64,000 nucleotides of DNA from Polyangiaceae bacterium (GTDB lineage Bacteria > Myxococcota_A > Polyangia > Polyangiales > Polyangiaceae). Position 1 is the first letter of the stretch, and every line of letters starts with the position of its first letter. Shown piece after piece: positions 25,805-35,721 of this stretch. The stretch covers positions 54,715 to 118,714 of the forward strand of contig JANRKO010000074.1 of NCBI GenBank assembly GCA_033763455.1. The letters run 5' to 3'. The notes beneath the pieces were generated by a model. It was not told the DNA's origin. It saw only the letters and a list, made by a program, of their open reading frames with translations, and ran no database searches. The position numbers and the translations under genes were made by a program.

Positions 25805-27601
25805 TCAAAAGGACTTTCGGTAAAGGAAGGAATCGGTTTGTGTCAACGCGACGAGCTGCTCAATGATGCTACCCGAAGAAGTCGCGAAGCTGTTCTTCAA
25901 CTGCGCAATCGAGCAGGCGTCTTCCTGAGTTTCAACGCGCCCGTACGCGAAATGGAACCAGCGAGCAGCCGCACAATCACTCACCATGCGGCTTGAAGAG
26001 AGCTTCTGTGCAAGCTCCACCGCACCAGTAAATGGGCCGTTCACGTCTGTTTGTGCGAGCTCACCCCGAGCATCCACTGGTCGCCCAGCTTCCTCAGCGC
26101 GCCAAACACCCACTGCGTCGTAGTGCTCGAAGCCAAGGCCGATCGGATCCATTAACACGTGGCAACCACCGCAGGTAGGGTCGCTACTGTGCGCGGCAAA
26201 GCGTTCCCTGGTTGTGAGAGCGGGGTCGAACGGAGGTACCGTAATATTGAGGTTAGTCGGTGGAGGCGGCGGGGTTTGACAGAACAAGGCGTCACGGACG
26301 AAAAACCCACGTGTTACCGGTGACCCCTGGGTGGAGTCCGAGTGCCCCGCGAGGAGGCCCGCTAAAGTCAACACGCCAGCCCGCTCGGCTGGCGGTAGCG
26401 CCACCGGGACCAGCGCATCGGCTGAACCTGGAGGCGCAATACCGTAGAACGACGCCAGCGTGTCGTTCATGTAAGACTGCCCCGCCGTCAGCAGTGCGCC
26501 CAGCGTACCCGGTCCGTCAAAGACCGTGCGCTCGATGAACACGTCCGCTTCAGAACGCATTAAGCTGGCAATCGTTGGATTGAAGGTGGGGAAGAGCGTG
26601 GCATCTTTGACCAGCTGCCCCATGGCAAAAAAATCCAACCATTGACTATGGAAGCTCACGACGTTGCCGCGAGCGCGCGGCAACTGAAGCAAGCGCCGCG
26701 CCTGAGCCGCGATCTGCTCCTTGGTGGAGAGCTCGTTCCGAGCCGCGGCTGCCAGCAGCTCCGGATCCGGCAGGCTCTGAGTCAGCAAGTAGGAAAGCCG
26801 TGAGGCACGCTCAAACTGGCCTGACTCGACGAGGCCCGGAGCTGCCGCCACGGCTGGCCCCGCCGTTGCCGCCGTTTCCATGCGGTAAAGAAACTGGGGG
26901 GCTTGCAGCATGGCCGCCATCACCATTTGTGTCGCCGCAGAGAATCCGTGAGTGGCTTTGGCAGACGTATAGAAGGCTTGCAAGCGTGAGCTCTCTTCGG
27001 CGCTCAACGGACGGCGGTAAGCGCGCTCGCCAACCGTAGTAATCAGCTGCGTGGCGCAGGCATCCTCACCTGCCGTGGCCGGATCGCAGCCAGCTAGAGC
27101 TGGAATTTTCATGGCGCCAGCCGTGGCCAGGCTCTGCGCAGCTCCTTCATAGAGTTCGATAAGGATGAGGCTGCTACCTCGCAAAGATGCATTGTTGTCG
27201 AAGCCGTAGAAGCGCTCCTCCAGCGGGAAGGCACGCGCAGGTGCGTCAACTACGCCGAGCAGATCCTGGACGGTGTTGTCGTATTCGGTGTGGTTGAGGC
27301 GACGCAGCGGAGAATCGCCGGGGGAAATCGCGGTGGGATCGGTACAAGCGGTTGCCGCAGCTGCGCCTCCGGTGCCCAGCGGAAGACCTCCCCCCATGCC
27401 TTGGGGCGGCTGGAGTGGATTTAACGCGCTACCGTTTCCCCCCGTTCCTGACTGACCTGGGCCCGGTTCACCCGCACCGGGGAGACCCGCATTGGGGCCC
27501 CCAGGCGACCCACCAGAGCTCCGCGTTGCGGAACTACAACCGGCCGTGCCGACGGCCCAAAGCAGCGCCCCAAGCGCGCTATAGCGATGCAACAATGCCA
27601 T
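25805..27601 (-). CDS. DUF1592-family lipoprotein (second copy)
   Basis: Lipobox GTAGC; LRRLNHTEYDNTVQDLLG; ASRLSYLL..SLPD; SPVTRG; CGGCH; GFEHYD. Confidence 0.93.
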   Translation of the reverse strand: MALLHRYSALGALLWAVGTAGCSSATRSSGGSPGGPNAGLPGAGEPGPGQSGTGGNGSALNPLQPPQGMGGGLPLGTGGAAAATACTDPTAISPGDSPLRRLNHTEYDNTVQDLLGVVDAPARAFPLEERFYGFDNNASLRGSSLILIELYEGAAQSLATAGAMKIPALAGCDPATAGEDACATQLITTVGERAYRRPLSAEESSRLQAFYTSAKATHGFSAATQMVMAAMLQAPQFLYRMETAATAGPAVAAAPGLVESGQFERASRLSYLLTQSLPDPELLAAAARNELSTKEQIAAQARRLLQLPRARGNVVSFHSQWLDFFAMGQLVKDATLFPTFNPTIASLMRSEADVFIERTVFDGPGTLGALLTAGQSYMNDTLASFYGIAPPGSADALVPVALPPAERAGVLTLAGLLAGHSDSTQGSPVTRGFFVRDALFCQTPPPPPTNLNITVPPFDPALTTRERFAAHSSDPTCGGCHVLMDPIGLGFEHYDAVGVWRAEEAGRPVDARGELAQTDVNGPFTGAVELAQKLSSSRMVSDCAAARWFHFAYGRVETQEDACSIAQLKNSFATSSGSIIEQLVALTQTDSFLYRKSF

Positions 27602-27735
27602 GGTGTGTACCTGCGCGTGGTGCAAGTGAATGGGCGGAAATACCGCCCAGAGGCTGAAGGAAATAGCCAATCGCGTGCGGCGAACAACTTCGCCGACACC
27701 ACAAGGACCTTAGCCGCTGCCGCTCTGCCCGTCAT

Positions 27736-27915
27736 TCAACGCTTTTGTACGGGGCTCCACATTTCGCATTCTTGGGGTACCGAGAGGCGGCCGAGGGTGT
27801 GTTGGCGTGCGCGTGCTCGACTTCGGATCGGCTTAACTTCGAGAACTGGACGGTGAATGTCCGTCACGATCAGGGTCTCGCCTGTTTCCTCGACCCGACG
27901 GGAGTACGCCAGCAT
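27736..27915 (-). pseudogene. Degenerate Phd/YefM-family antitoxin without a toxin partner
   Basis: MLAYSRRVEETGETLIVTDIHRPVLEVKPI matches the Phd core. The first strand/helix is missing and no toxin gene follows. Confidence 0.6.
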
Positions 27916-27995
27916 CCTCTCACCTGCACCACAAGTCATGCGGGTGCCATGGTTTGACAGGCCGGAGACTTCGAGGTTATGGGCAAGGTGGTCTC

Positions 27996-29198
27996 GTGGC
28001 TTCAGGCTTCATCGATAGAGCGGGAGAGGCAGCAGGCTCTGCAGAGTTCTTGGAGTGGCTCGCGTCAGACCTCGCTGCGAGCGAAAATCCAGCCAGTCTG
28101 ATCGAGCGCTTTGGGCACGGGCTGGCTGACATGGGGACTGGGGTAACGCGCATCAGCGCCTGGTTACCCACCTCGCATCCGGAGCTATGGGGAACTCAGA
28201 TCGTATGGGTGGCGGGCTCGGCCGCCGAAGTCGTCCCACGAAGTCACGACATCCTGCAAACTGACACCTATCTGAACACTCCAGGAGAGGCCGTGTATGC
28301 GCAGGGCGCACCATTGCGTTGGCGGTTGGATGGCGATGCGCAAACGCTGCCGTATCCAATGCTGCGCAAGTTCGCTGAAGAGGGCTACACGGATTACTAC
28401 ATTCGGCCATTTTTGCTGCACAACGAGCAAGCATGGATCGCGCTGGTATCGAGCAAGCCAGGTGGGCTCACGGGTTTCGAGCTAGAGAAGATAGAAGAGT
28501 TGTGCCGCAAGCTCGGTTGGAAGATCCGCGTCGCCGTTTCACATGAGAGCTTGGCTTCACTCTTGCGCGTTTATCTCGGCCAAAACGCCGCGCAGCGGGT
28601 GCTTGGCGGACAGTTTCGGCGCGGTACCGGCTCGACCATCGATGCTGCCATCTGGTTCTGCGATCTCAGAGGCTTTTCCCAGTTGAGCGATGCATCACCA
28701 CCGACGGAGATGGTGAAGATCTTGGACGAGTACTTCGAGGCCGTCGCAGGTCCCATCGAAGATGCGGGCGGCGAGATCTTGAAGTTCATTGGCGATGCGG
28801 TGATGGCGGTGTTTCCGTTCGACGAGGATAAGGCGAGCGTGTGCCGGCGAGCGCTCTCGGCGGCAGAGAAAGCCTTCGTTGCTCTGGCAGCGCGGCCTGG
28901 CCCAAAGTTGCAGATCGGCATCGGCCTGCATTGCGGGGAGGTGTACTACGGGAACATTGGCGGGCGATCGCGCCTCGACTTCACCGTGATAGGAGCGGCT
29001 GTCAACGAGGCCTGCCGCATTGAGTCCCTGTGCAAAGATCTGGTATGTCCGCTGTTGATGTCGGCCCAGTTTGCCCAGCATCTTAAGGGAATTGCGCTGA
29101 CCTCCTTCGGCCAACAGCAATTGAAAGGTGTAGCGCAGCCGCGTGAGGTGTTGACTCTGACAAGCCTCGCAGCCGAGCGCTCACATGCAGCGCCATGA
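27996..29198 (+). CDS. Class III adenylate/guanylate cyclase with GAF-like N-terminal region
   Basis: WFCDLRGFS, ILKFIGDAVMAVF, GNIG...RLDFTVIGAAVNEACRIE. Confidence 0.93.
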   Translation: MASGFIDRAGEAAGSAEFLEWLASDLAASENPASLIERFGHGLADMGTGVTRISAWLPTSHPELWGTQIVWVAGSAAEVVPRSHDILQTDTYLNTPGEAVYAQGAPLRWRLDGDAQTLPYPMLRKFAEEGYTDYYIRPFLLHNEQAWIALVSSKPGGLTGFELEKIEELCRKLGWKIRVAVSHESLASLLRVYLGQNAAQRVLGGQFRRGTGSTIDAAIWFCDLRGFSQLSDASPPTEMVKILDEYFEAVAGPIEDAGGEILKFIGDAVMAVFPFDEDKASVCRRALSAAEKAFVALAARPGPKLQIGIGLHCGEVYYGNIGGRSRLDFTVIGAAVNEACRIESLCKDLVCPLLMSAQFAQHLKGIALTSFGQQQLKGVAQPREVLTLTSLAAERSHAAP

Positions 29199-29800
29199 CT
29201 GATTCCCTCCTGTACCGTCCCGGTCACCGTCAGCTGCAAGCCGAGTTTCAGAGCGAGCGTATCGCTGACCGGCTTGAAGAAGTGAATCTGAGAACGGAGT
29301 TCAGCGAGAAGGACCAGGCCTTCGTCGAACGGGCGCCGTTCTTCTTTCTGGCAACCGTGGACGGCGAAGGGCAGCCCAGTGTGTCGTATAAAGGGGGCCT
29401 TCCCGGCTTCGTGCGTGTGGTGGGGAAAGCCGAGCTCGCGTACCCAGACTATGATGGCAACGGCATGTTCATGAGCCTCGGCAACGTGCTCGAAAACCCG
29501 AAGATATGCATGCTATTCATTGATTTCGAAACACCTGCACGCCTTGTGGTGCGCGGTCGCGCCAGTATTCATCGCGACGATCCGCTGCTTGCGCACACCG
29601 TTGGTGCTCAACTCATCGTGCGTGTGGCGGCAGAGTCGATCTATCCTAATTGCCCTCGCTACATACACCGCATGAAGTTACTCGAACCCTCGGAATACGC
29701 CCCACAAGTTACCAAGCCACCCGTGGAGCCTGCCTGGAAGTCTTTCCCGGAATTTCGTGACTTCGTGCCCCCACGCCGGCCGACCGCGAGTGGCCGCTGA
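29195..29800 (+). CDS. Pyridoxamine 5'-phosphate oxidase-like FMN-binding protein
   Basis: FFLATVD..G.PSVSYKGG.PGFV, PDYDGNG, SLGN, NCPRYI; ATGA overlap with the cyclase. Confidence 0.9.
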   Translation: MTDSLLYRPGHRQLQAEFQSERIADRLEEVNLRTEFSEKDQAFVERAPFFFLATVDGEGQPSVSYKGGLPGFVRVVGKAELAYPDYDGNGMFMSLGNVLENPKICMLFIDFETPARLVVRGRASIHRDDPLLAHTVGAQLIVRVAAESIYPNCPRYIHRMKLLEPSEYAPQVTKPPVEPAWKSFPEFRDFVPPRRPTASGR

Positions 29801-29986
29801 GGGATCGGTTTAGCGGCGTATTGAGGCCGACGGAGACGCATTTCGGTCACCCCCCTCCCCAAAACCCAAATCCGTCATTTAAGCCAGCCGGATGAGGGAA
29901 GAGTCAGGGAAGAGCCCCCGCCCTTGAAAAGCAGGGGCCGTTGTGTGAAGGTGCCGCGCCCCAAAACCCCCGAGGAATGCCCCTGA

Positions 29987-30208
29987 ATGAGCAAAGGTGA
30001 TCTTTTAGAAATGGAAGGCGTCATTCAAGACGCCCTCGGGGGCGGTCAATACACCGTCAAAGTGGACCAGGCGGAGGCCGTTGTCCGTGCTCAGCTGTCG
30101 GGTCGGATGCGTCGCCACCACATTCGCGTGCTCCCTGGTGACCGTGTTCGAGTTGCCGTCTCTCCGTACGATCTCAGTCACGGGTTGATCGTTTACCGCG
30201 GTAAGTAA
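29987..30208 (+). CDS. infA: Translation initiation factor IF-1
   Basis: LSGRMRRHHIRVLPGDRV.V..SPYDLSHG.I.YR. Confidence 0.98.
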   Translation: MSKGDLLEMEGVIQDALGGGQYTVKVDQAEAVVRAQLSGRMRRHHIRVLPGDRVRVAVSPYDLSHGLIVYRGK

Positions 30209-30213
30209 GTAGG

Positions 30214-31254
30214 GTGGTTCTTTCAGTGCTCTGGCAGCGCCGTCTGGTGTTGAAGAGTACTTGTTGGGCGCGGTGGGTGCGCCTCGTGGCGATTATCTGC
30301 ATTATTTGTTGGGGCTGTCGCTCTGAGAAGGCTCCTGCTGAGCGTCGCGACCCGATAAAGCCACTCCAGATTCCGGCGACTGCGTCGAGCGGTCTGAGTG
30401 CAGCTGGGCGCCCCGCAATCCTCTATTTGCCTGGCAGTGGTTTGGGAATTGTGCCATCGGCTCCTTTAGAGCAGCCTCGTGGAATTTGGGACCACGCACT
30501 CGACGCACGGCGCCGCTGCCCAAGCGAGATGGTGGATATTGAAGGCGAGTTCTGCGTCGATCGTTACGAAGCTAGCTTGGTAGATCGCGGTACGCGGCGA
30601 CCTTTGTCCCCGTATTTTCCCCCCAGCCGCGGGGACATTCAGGCTTCATTGGAACGGGGGGAGCTCTTGCGCGAGCGAGCACCCACCGCTCTTGGGCGCA
30701 GCATGCCGATACCTCAACCAGCGGAATACGAACTTACGGGCGAGGTGACGCCCATGGCCGTCTCACTTCCCGGGGAACTTCCGCACGGATATATGAGTGG
30801 GCAAACGGCGACTTCCGCGTGTCGCAATGCCGGCAAGAGGCTCTGCACGGCCAGTGAATGGCGGCGGGCTTGCCGGGGGCAGGGCCGCTCGAGGTTCCCG
30901 TACGGTAATGAGTATCGCCAGGGCGCATGCAACGTGTTTCGTGCGACTCACCCCGCCAGGGTGCTCCATGCCGATCCTTCGCTTCACCACCTGGATCCCC
31001 GCCTCAACCTCGTCACTGACAGTGAGGGGCCCCTGCTTCGCAAGACGGGTGCGGTTGGCACCTGCCGGAGCGCATTCGGAAGCGATGCGGTTTACGACAT
31101 GGTGGGCAACCTCGACGAATGGGTTGCGGGGCCGCCCGGCGTATTTCTGGGGGGATTTTACTCCCGCGCGACGCGGGAGGGCTGCGACGCTGAGATCTCA
31201 TCCCATGCCTTCGAATACCTCGATTACAGTCTCGGCTTCCGCTGTTGCCTCTAG
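30214..31254 (+). CDS. SUMF1/FGE-sulfatase-fold protein
   Basis: FCVDRYE, GKRLCTASEW..AC, FPYG, YDMVGNLDEWV, GFRCC. Start uncertain. Confidence 0.85.
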   Translation: MVLSVLWQRRLVLKSTCWARWVRLVAIICIICWGCRSEKAPAERRDPIKPLQIPATASSGLSAAGRPAILYLPGSGLGIVPSAPLEQPRGIWDHALDARRRCPSEMVDIEGEFCVDRYEASLVDRGTRRPLSPYFPPSRGDIQASLERGELLRERAPTALGRSMPIPQPAEYELTGEVTPMAVSLPGELPHGYMSGQTATSACRNAGKRLCTASEWRRACRGQGRSRFPYGNEYRQGACNVFRATHPARVLHADPSLHHLDPRLNLVTDSEGPLLRKTGAVGTCRSAFGSDAVYDMVGNLDEWVAGPPGVFLGGFYSRATREGCDAEISSHAFEYLDYSLGFRCCL

Positions 31255-31260
31255 GTTAGG

Positions 31261-33384
31261 GTGCCCCAATCGCGCACGGGGCAGCGCAAAACTCACGAAG
31301 ATTTGGCCCATTGGGGGCGCTTTTTGCATACTCGCCGCGTGGCTCGAATGTCGCTTCACGCGCGGAGCATGAGCCGCCTTAGGAGGATCAGAAAATCGCG
31401 ACGCCTTCGGCGTTGGGGCACGGTCGTGCTTTTTGCACTCACCAACCCGACCACCCATCCGTTGCCGTCCCCCGGCCTTATCGCGAAAACTCCCGAAGCC
31501 GCGCTCAGCATGCTGCTCGCCCGACGAAAGATCATTGCAGGCGAGCGCAATGTTCATTTCTTCGAAGACTGCAAGACCAAGTGGTTCTGCTACCTGCGCG
31601 GCCGGGGCGTTATCGCTCTTGGCCACCGACTCAACGCTTTGCCGGATATCTACCTGTTGCACGCGCGCTCCTCCCTTGAAGAGCGCCACGTCTTGGGGCT
31701 CTCCTTAACCTACAACACCACCCACACGCGCCTGGCCGAAGAAACCGAACTGGTGGTGGAGCCACCTTTCGCAGCCTGGACGATCTCCGACGGGGAGCGT
31801 TCGCAGATATTCCTCGCGGACACGCGTGGAGAGCCATCCCCGGTTGGACCGGATTGGACGCGGTTCAATCGCCTCCAGAATGCTCTCACTAATTTTCAGG
31901 AAACAGGTCAATTTGACGGCATCGGGCTGCGCTCATTTGAGCACCCACAAGCGCTCGGGATCCGGTTGGGCTTCGAGGGGGGAGCACTCAAGGTCGAAAC
32001 CCGGGCAGGCGTATCTCGCATTCCACTTGAGACCGGGAAGAAGCCGAGCGGTCTTGCGATCAAGGAAACGACCCAACCCAAAGCTCGCCCTGGCAACTTC
32101 GTAACCTGGGCCGTGGACCGCCTGCGGGCCGTACCTTGGATTGGAGCTTCGGGCATCGATTGGCTCAAGGCCGTCGCGTACAAAGCCGACGACGGACTCA
32201 ACCAGATAAAGAGCGACGTATTAGCGGATGATGGCAAGGACGCGGTGGAAGAAGCCTTGGGCTCGCTTTCTGCGGTCAAGGAGCTCAAGAAAACCACCGA
32301 TGTCTCCGGTTGGCCACCTGCTGCCATTGCACCGCTCTTTCGCAGATCTTTGCCCAATGAAGGGAAGTGGGCCTCCCTCGAAGGCGACCCGTTCGTGGGG
32401 ACTTTCGATGGGCATGCGCCATTTGCAACCACATTCCTGCGCATCGATCCTGCCCGCTCTTACTCACAAATGTTCGTAACGTTGTGGGATCCACGCCGCG
32501 TTAGCCTGCACATGGTGTGCGGAACCGTCGAGCCGCGCAGCGCCACAGCTGAGGTGGGTAGTGGAATTATTCCCCACGAGCCAGCCGTTATGGAGCGAGT
32601 TGTTGCCGCTTTTAACGGCGGCTTTCAGGCGATGCACGGCGAGTTTGGCATGATGGCCGATGACATCGTCTACCTTCCGCCCAAGCCGTATGCGGCCACA
32701 ATTGCCGAAACGCGGGACGGGGCAACAGCGTTCGGAACGTGGCCCGACTCGAATGTGATCCCCTACGGGCTGCTTTCGTTTCGCCAGAACCTCTCGCCAC
32801 TTGTGGTGGATGGGCAGATCAACCCTTACCGCCGCCATTGGTGGGGTGGCATGCCGGAGGGGTGGACGGAGGAATCTCGCACCGTGCGAAGCGCGATTTG
32901 CCTCACGCGCGACAACTTCGTGGCGTATTTTTACGGAAATAGTGCGGACCCAGGCCAATTGGCAAGGGCGCTGCAGCTCGTTGGTTGCACGTACGGAATT
33001 CATTTGGACATGAACTCTGGGCACAGCGGGTTTGAGTTCTATCGTGTTGCGAAAAAGGGCAATCTGCGGCCTCTGCCGACGCCCATCGAAGAATCTTGGC
33101 AGGCCGAAGGTGACGTGCCAGAAATGCCCGGTTACAGATTCCAAGCGCGGCTCATGACTAAATCCACCACGCTTATGAACTTTCCTCGTTATATTCACCG
33201 TTCAACGCGCGATTTCTTCTACCTCACGCTGCGCGATGCGCCGGTGCCCACCGAGCGTGCCGTGGCACGCATTTTCCCGAATACGCCCATATTACCGCCT
33301 ACAAAGTGGGCGTTTATGCAGGAGCGGCCCGCTCAAGCTGCGGTGCGCGAACCCAAACCTGAAACTGTGAAGGACGTTCGCTAG
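31261..33384 (+). CDS. Large hypothetical protein with a NAGPA/phosphodiester-glycosidase-like C-terminal domain
   Basis: AAFNGGF, RSAICLT and HLDMNSG resemble the family motifs NGGF / RTA.G / LDGG. True start is probably downstream of 31261. Confidence 0.6.
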   Translation: MPQSRTGQRKTHEDLAHWGRFLHTRRVARMSLHARSMSRLRRIRKSRRLRRWGTVVLFALTNPTTHPLPSPGLIAKTPEAALSMLLARRKIIAGERNVHFFEDCKTKWFCYLRGRGVIALGHRLNALPDIYLLHARSSLEERHVLGLSLTYNTTHTRLAEETELVVEPPFAAWTISDGERSQIFLADTRGEPSPVGPDWTRFNRLQNALTNFQETGQFDGIGLRSFEHPQALGIRLGFEGGALKVETRAGVSRIPLETGKKPSGLAIKETTQPKARPGNFVTWAVDRLRAVPWIGASGIDWLKAVAYKADDGLNQIKSDVLADDGKDAVEEALGSLSAVKELKKTTDVSGWPPAAIAPLFRRSLPNEGKWASLEGDPFVGTFDGHAPFATTFLRIDPARSYSQMFVTLWDPRRVSLHMVCGTVEPRSATAEVGSGIIPHEPAVMERVVAAFNGGFQAMHGEFGMMADDIVYLPPKPYAATIAETRDGATAFGTWPDSNVIPYGLLSFRQNLSPLVVDGQINPYRRHWWGGMPEGWTEESRTVRSAICLTRDNFVAYFYGNSADPGQLARALQLVGCTYGIHLDMNSGHSGFEFYRVAKKGNLRPLPTPIEESWQAEGDVPEMPGYRFQARLMTKSTTLMNFPRYIHRSTRDFFYLTLRDAPVPTERAVARIFPNTPILPPTKWAFMQERPAQAAVREPKPETVKDVR

Positions 33385-33385
33385 C

Positions 33386-34609
33386 GTGAACGCCGCCAAG
33401 ATCGCAATCGGCGCAGCGTTACTCGTCGCACTTCTGGCCGCCGTTATGGTTTCTGTCCAATTCCGGAATTCGCAAGCAACCGGAGCCACCTCCTTCGGGC
33501 CCGGAAAATCTGTGCGAGACCTGAAGAGGATGCCGGACAGCGCGGGTCTGGATGGTCAAGATGCAGGTGCCGAGGGCACGGGTGGGCAAGGCCAGAGCGA
33601 GCCAGGTTCCCTCCCGTCCTCTTCGACAGTCGAAACGCTGCCTCAGTTTCCGGCGGAGTTCGCGGAAAGCACACGTGAGCTTCGCCCGTTGGACGTCCAG
33701 CGCGAAGCGCTCCTCCAGATAATGAGCGAGTACTTTTCGCTAGATACGGATGTCGTGCAAAAGCTCGCGGGAATTTTCAACAACTCACCCTATTTGGGGC
33801 AGGGATTGCCCAAAGTCACCGAACATCCCATGAGCCGTGCCCAGTGCCTAAAGGTCCGGGCGCCGCTCGGGGTGCTCGATTCTGATGCGGCGGCCTGCGG
33901 AGCCAAGAACATGTCCCGCGTCTACGCGCGTTCCCGGGGCGAGATGGCGAGCACGGCTAACTTGTGTGTTGATCGCTTCGAGTTCCCGAATATCCCCTGT
34001 GAATATCCCTTAACTTGGGTGCGTTCGAGTGCAGCCGCCCAGATCTGCGAGGTCCTTGGCAAGCGCCTGTGTGATGCCCATGAGTGGGAGGGCGCCTGCG
34101 CCGGGGACCTTCGGCCGCCCGAGGAAGAGTATTTTTTCGGTAAACCACGCCTTCAAGCTGAATATCTGTCGAATCAGCGCCGGGAGTTGGTGTGGAGCTA
34201 TGGGTCTGTGAAAAATCACGCGCTGTGCGGTACAGGTGCTCTGAAGAGCCCCGAGTGTTTTGCGAGCGGGGTAAAATGCGGCTCGAACACCTTCCCTGCG
34301 GGGTCCTTCCCGGAGTGCAAAAGCGCCTTTGACGTTTACGATTTGCACGGCAATGCCGCCGAACACATGAATCTACCGCTTGAGTCGAAGCAGTTAACTA
34401 GTAGAGGTGGTTCTGGTCGTACTGAGATGAAAGGTAGCTGGTTCATCTTCCAACAGAAAGAAGCCCACCCGGATGATTGCCGTTGGCGCGCCAAGAACTG
34501 GCACGGCAGCGACGTAGACGACCCGCACAGCCACCATAACTATCACCTAGGCTTTCGCTGCTGCAAAACGCTTGGCAAAAGTTCGGACGCCAACCCAGCA
34601 AAACGTTGA
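33386..34609 (+). CDS. SUMF1/FGE-sulfatase-fold protein (membrane-anchored or secreted)
   Basis: CVDRFEFPN, GKRLCDAHEWEGAC, YDLHGNAAEH, GFRCC; N-terminal hydrophobic segment. Confidence 0.88.
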   Translation: MNAAKIAIGAALLVALLAAVMVSVQFRNSQATGATSFGPGKSVRDLKRMPDSAGLDGQDAGAEGTGGQGQSEPGSLPSSSTVETLPQFPAEFAESTRELRPLDVQREALLQIMSEYFSLDTDVVQKLAGIFNNSPYLGQGLPKVTEHPMSRAQCLKVRAPLGVLDSDAAACGAKNMSRVYARSRGEMASTANLCVDRFEFPNIPCEYPLTWVRSSAAAQICEVLGKRLCDAHEWEGACAGDLRPPEEEYFFGKPRLQAEYLSNQRRELVWSYGSVKNHALCGTGALKSPECFASGVKCGSNTFPAGSFPECKSAFDVYDLHGNAAEHMNLPLESKQLTSRGGSGRTEMKGSWFIFQQKEAHPDDCRWRAKNWHGSDVDDPHSHHNYHLGFRCCKTLGKSSDANPAKR

Positions 34610-35706
34610 GCCATGCCTGGCCAAGCGAACTCTTCGGCGAAGCTTCGACCACGCCGCGCCTGAAGGTCGTCCCCATCTGCGGTCAAAAGCGAACGCAGAT
34701 GAAGTGCCGTGGTTTCTGCGTCTGTCGCCAATCGGTAATCTTGCCCTGCCGTAAGTGAGAAACCCCGCACAGCAACCTCAGTGGCAACGAGCGGAAGCCC
34801 ACTGGCTAGGGCCTCCAAGATCTTGAGTGAGGAGCCGGCGCCTTGAGAAAGGGGCATCGCACACACCCTGGCTTGCTCAAGATACGGAGCTACAGAATGC
34901 ACTCTGCCGGTGACCTCCACGCGCTCGGATTGCAACTTCAGCACTTCACGAGCCGGGTTGGCTCCACACAGGGTCAGGCGCGCCTCCGGCTTTTCGCGCC
35001 AAACACGAGGCATTACCTGCTCGGCGAGAAACCGAGCGGCTTCAATATTCGGAGGGTGGTCCATCAGCCCCACAAATAGGATTTTCTGGCTGCGGCGCTC
35101 ACTTGGTGGAATGAAGCGGATCTTCGCGAGATCAACGCCATTCGGAATCAGAACGGGGGCATGTGTCGCGAACTCTGCGATGTGTGCTCGATCGGCCTCG
35201 GTAACGGCCACGATTTTCTCCGCACGCCGCCACAGAGTTCGTTCCCAAGCTTCAAGCTTTTTGAGCTCGTGGGGTCGTTGCCGCTTGCCCGTAGCCTGCC
35301 ACTTGGCGGCCACGTAGCGGCTCTCAATATTGTGCTCGTCGAGAAGGAGTGGAGCCTTCAAGTCGAAAGCCAATCCGGCCGCATGGCTATGCTCGGCGAC
35401 CAAGAGATCAAATGGTCCTTCTCGCTCCACGGCACGCTTCCAGCCCCTTGGCGAACCACGCAGCACGCGGGTGGGCAGCTTCAGCCATGGCCAAATCGGC
35501 TGCAGGCGTTGTGTTACGTAGACAGACGCAAACGTTTGAAGCTCCGCTGCTGAAGCGGCTTCGGCTCGTTCTTTCTTACCTGCCTGGGCGAACAGGTGTA
35601 CCTCCCCTACTTCACTCAGGCCGCGTGCCAATTCCGAGATGCGGATCCGGCCACCTGTAAATGCTGGTGCTGGGAGATACGGGGTAAAAAGGGCTATTTT
35701 GGCCAC
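34543..35706 (-). CDS. Glycosyltransferase family 4
   Basis: DEHNIES, IPNGVD, FVG.MD.PPN, LKILEALASGLPLVAT. Confidence 0.92.
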   Translation of the reverse strand: MAKIALFTPYLPAPAFTGGRIRISELARGLSEVGEVHLFAQAGKKERAEAASAAELQTFASVYVTQRLQPIWPWLKLPTRVLRGSPRGWKRAVEREGPFDLLVAEHSHAAGLAFDLKAPLLLDEHNIESRYVAAKWQATGKRQRPHELKKLEAWERTLWRRAEKIVAVTEADRAHIAEFATHAPVLIPNGVDLAKIRFIPPSERRSQKILFVGLMDHPPNIEAARFLAEQVMPRVWREKPEARLTLCGANPAREVLKLQSERVEVTGRVHSVAPYLEQARVCAMPLSQGAGSSLKILEALASGLPLVATEVAVRGFSLTAGQDYRLATDAETTALHLRSLLTADGDDLQARRGRSFAEEFAWPGMAQRFAGLASELLPSVLQQRKPR

Positions 35707-35721
35707 AGTGAGCTCGAAGGT

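Noticed and set aside
34543..34609. 67-bp convergent overlap of the FGE and GT4 genes
   Set aside because: It involves only low-complexity tails and is ordinary in GC-rich genomes.
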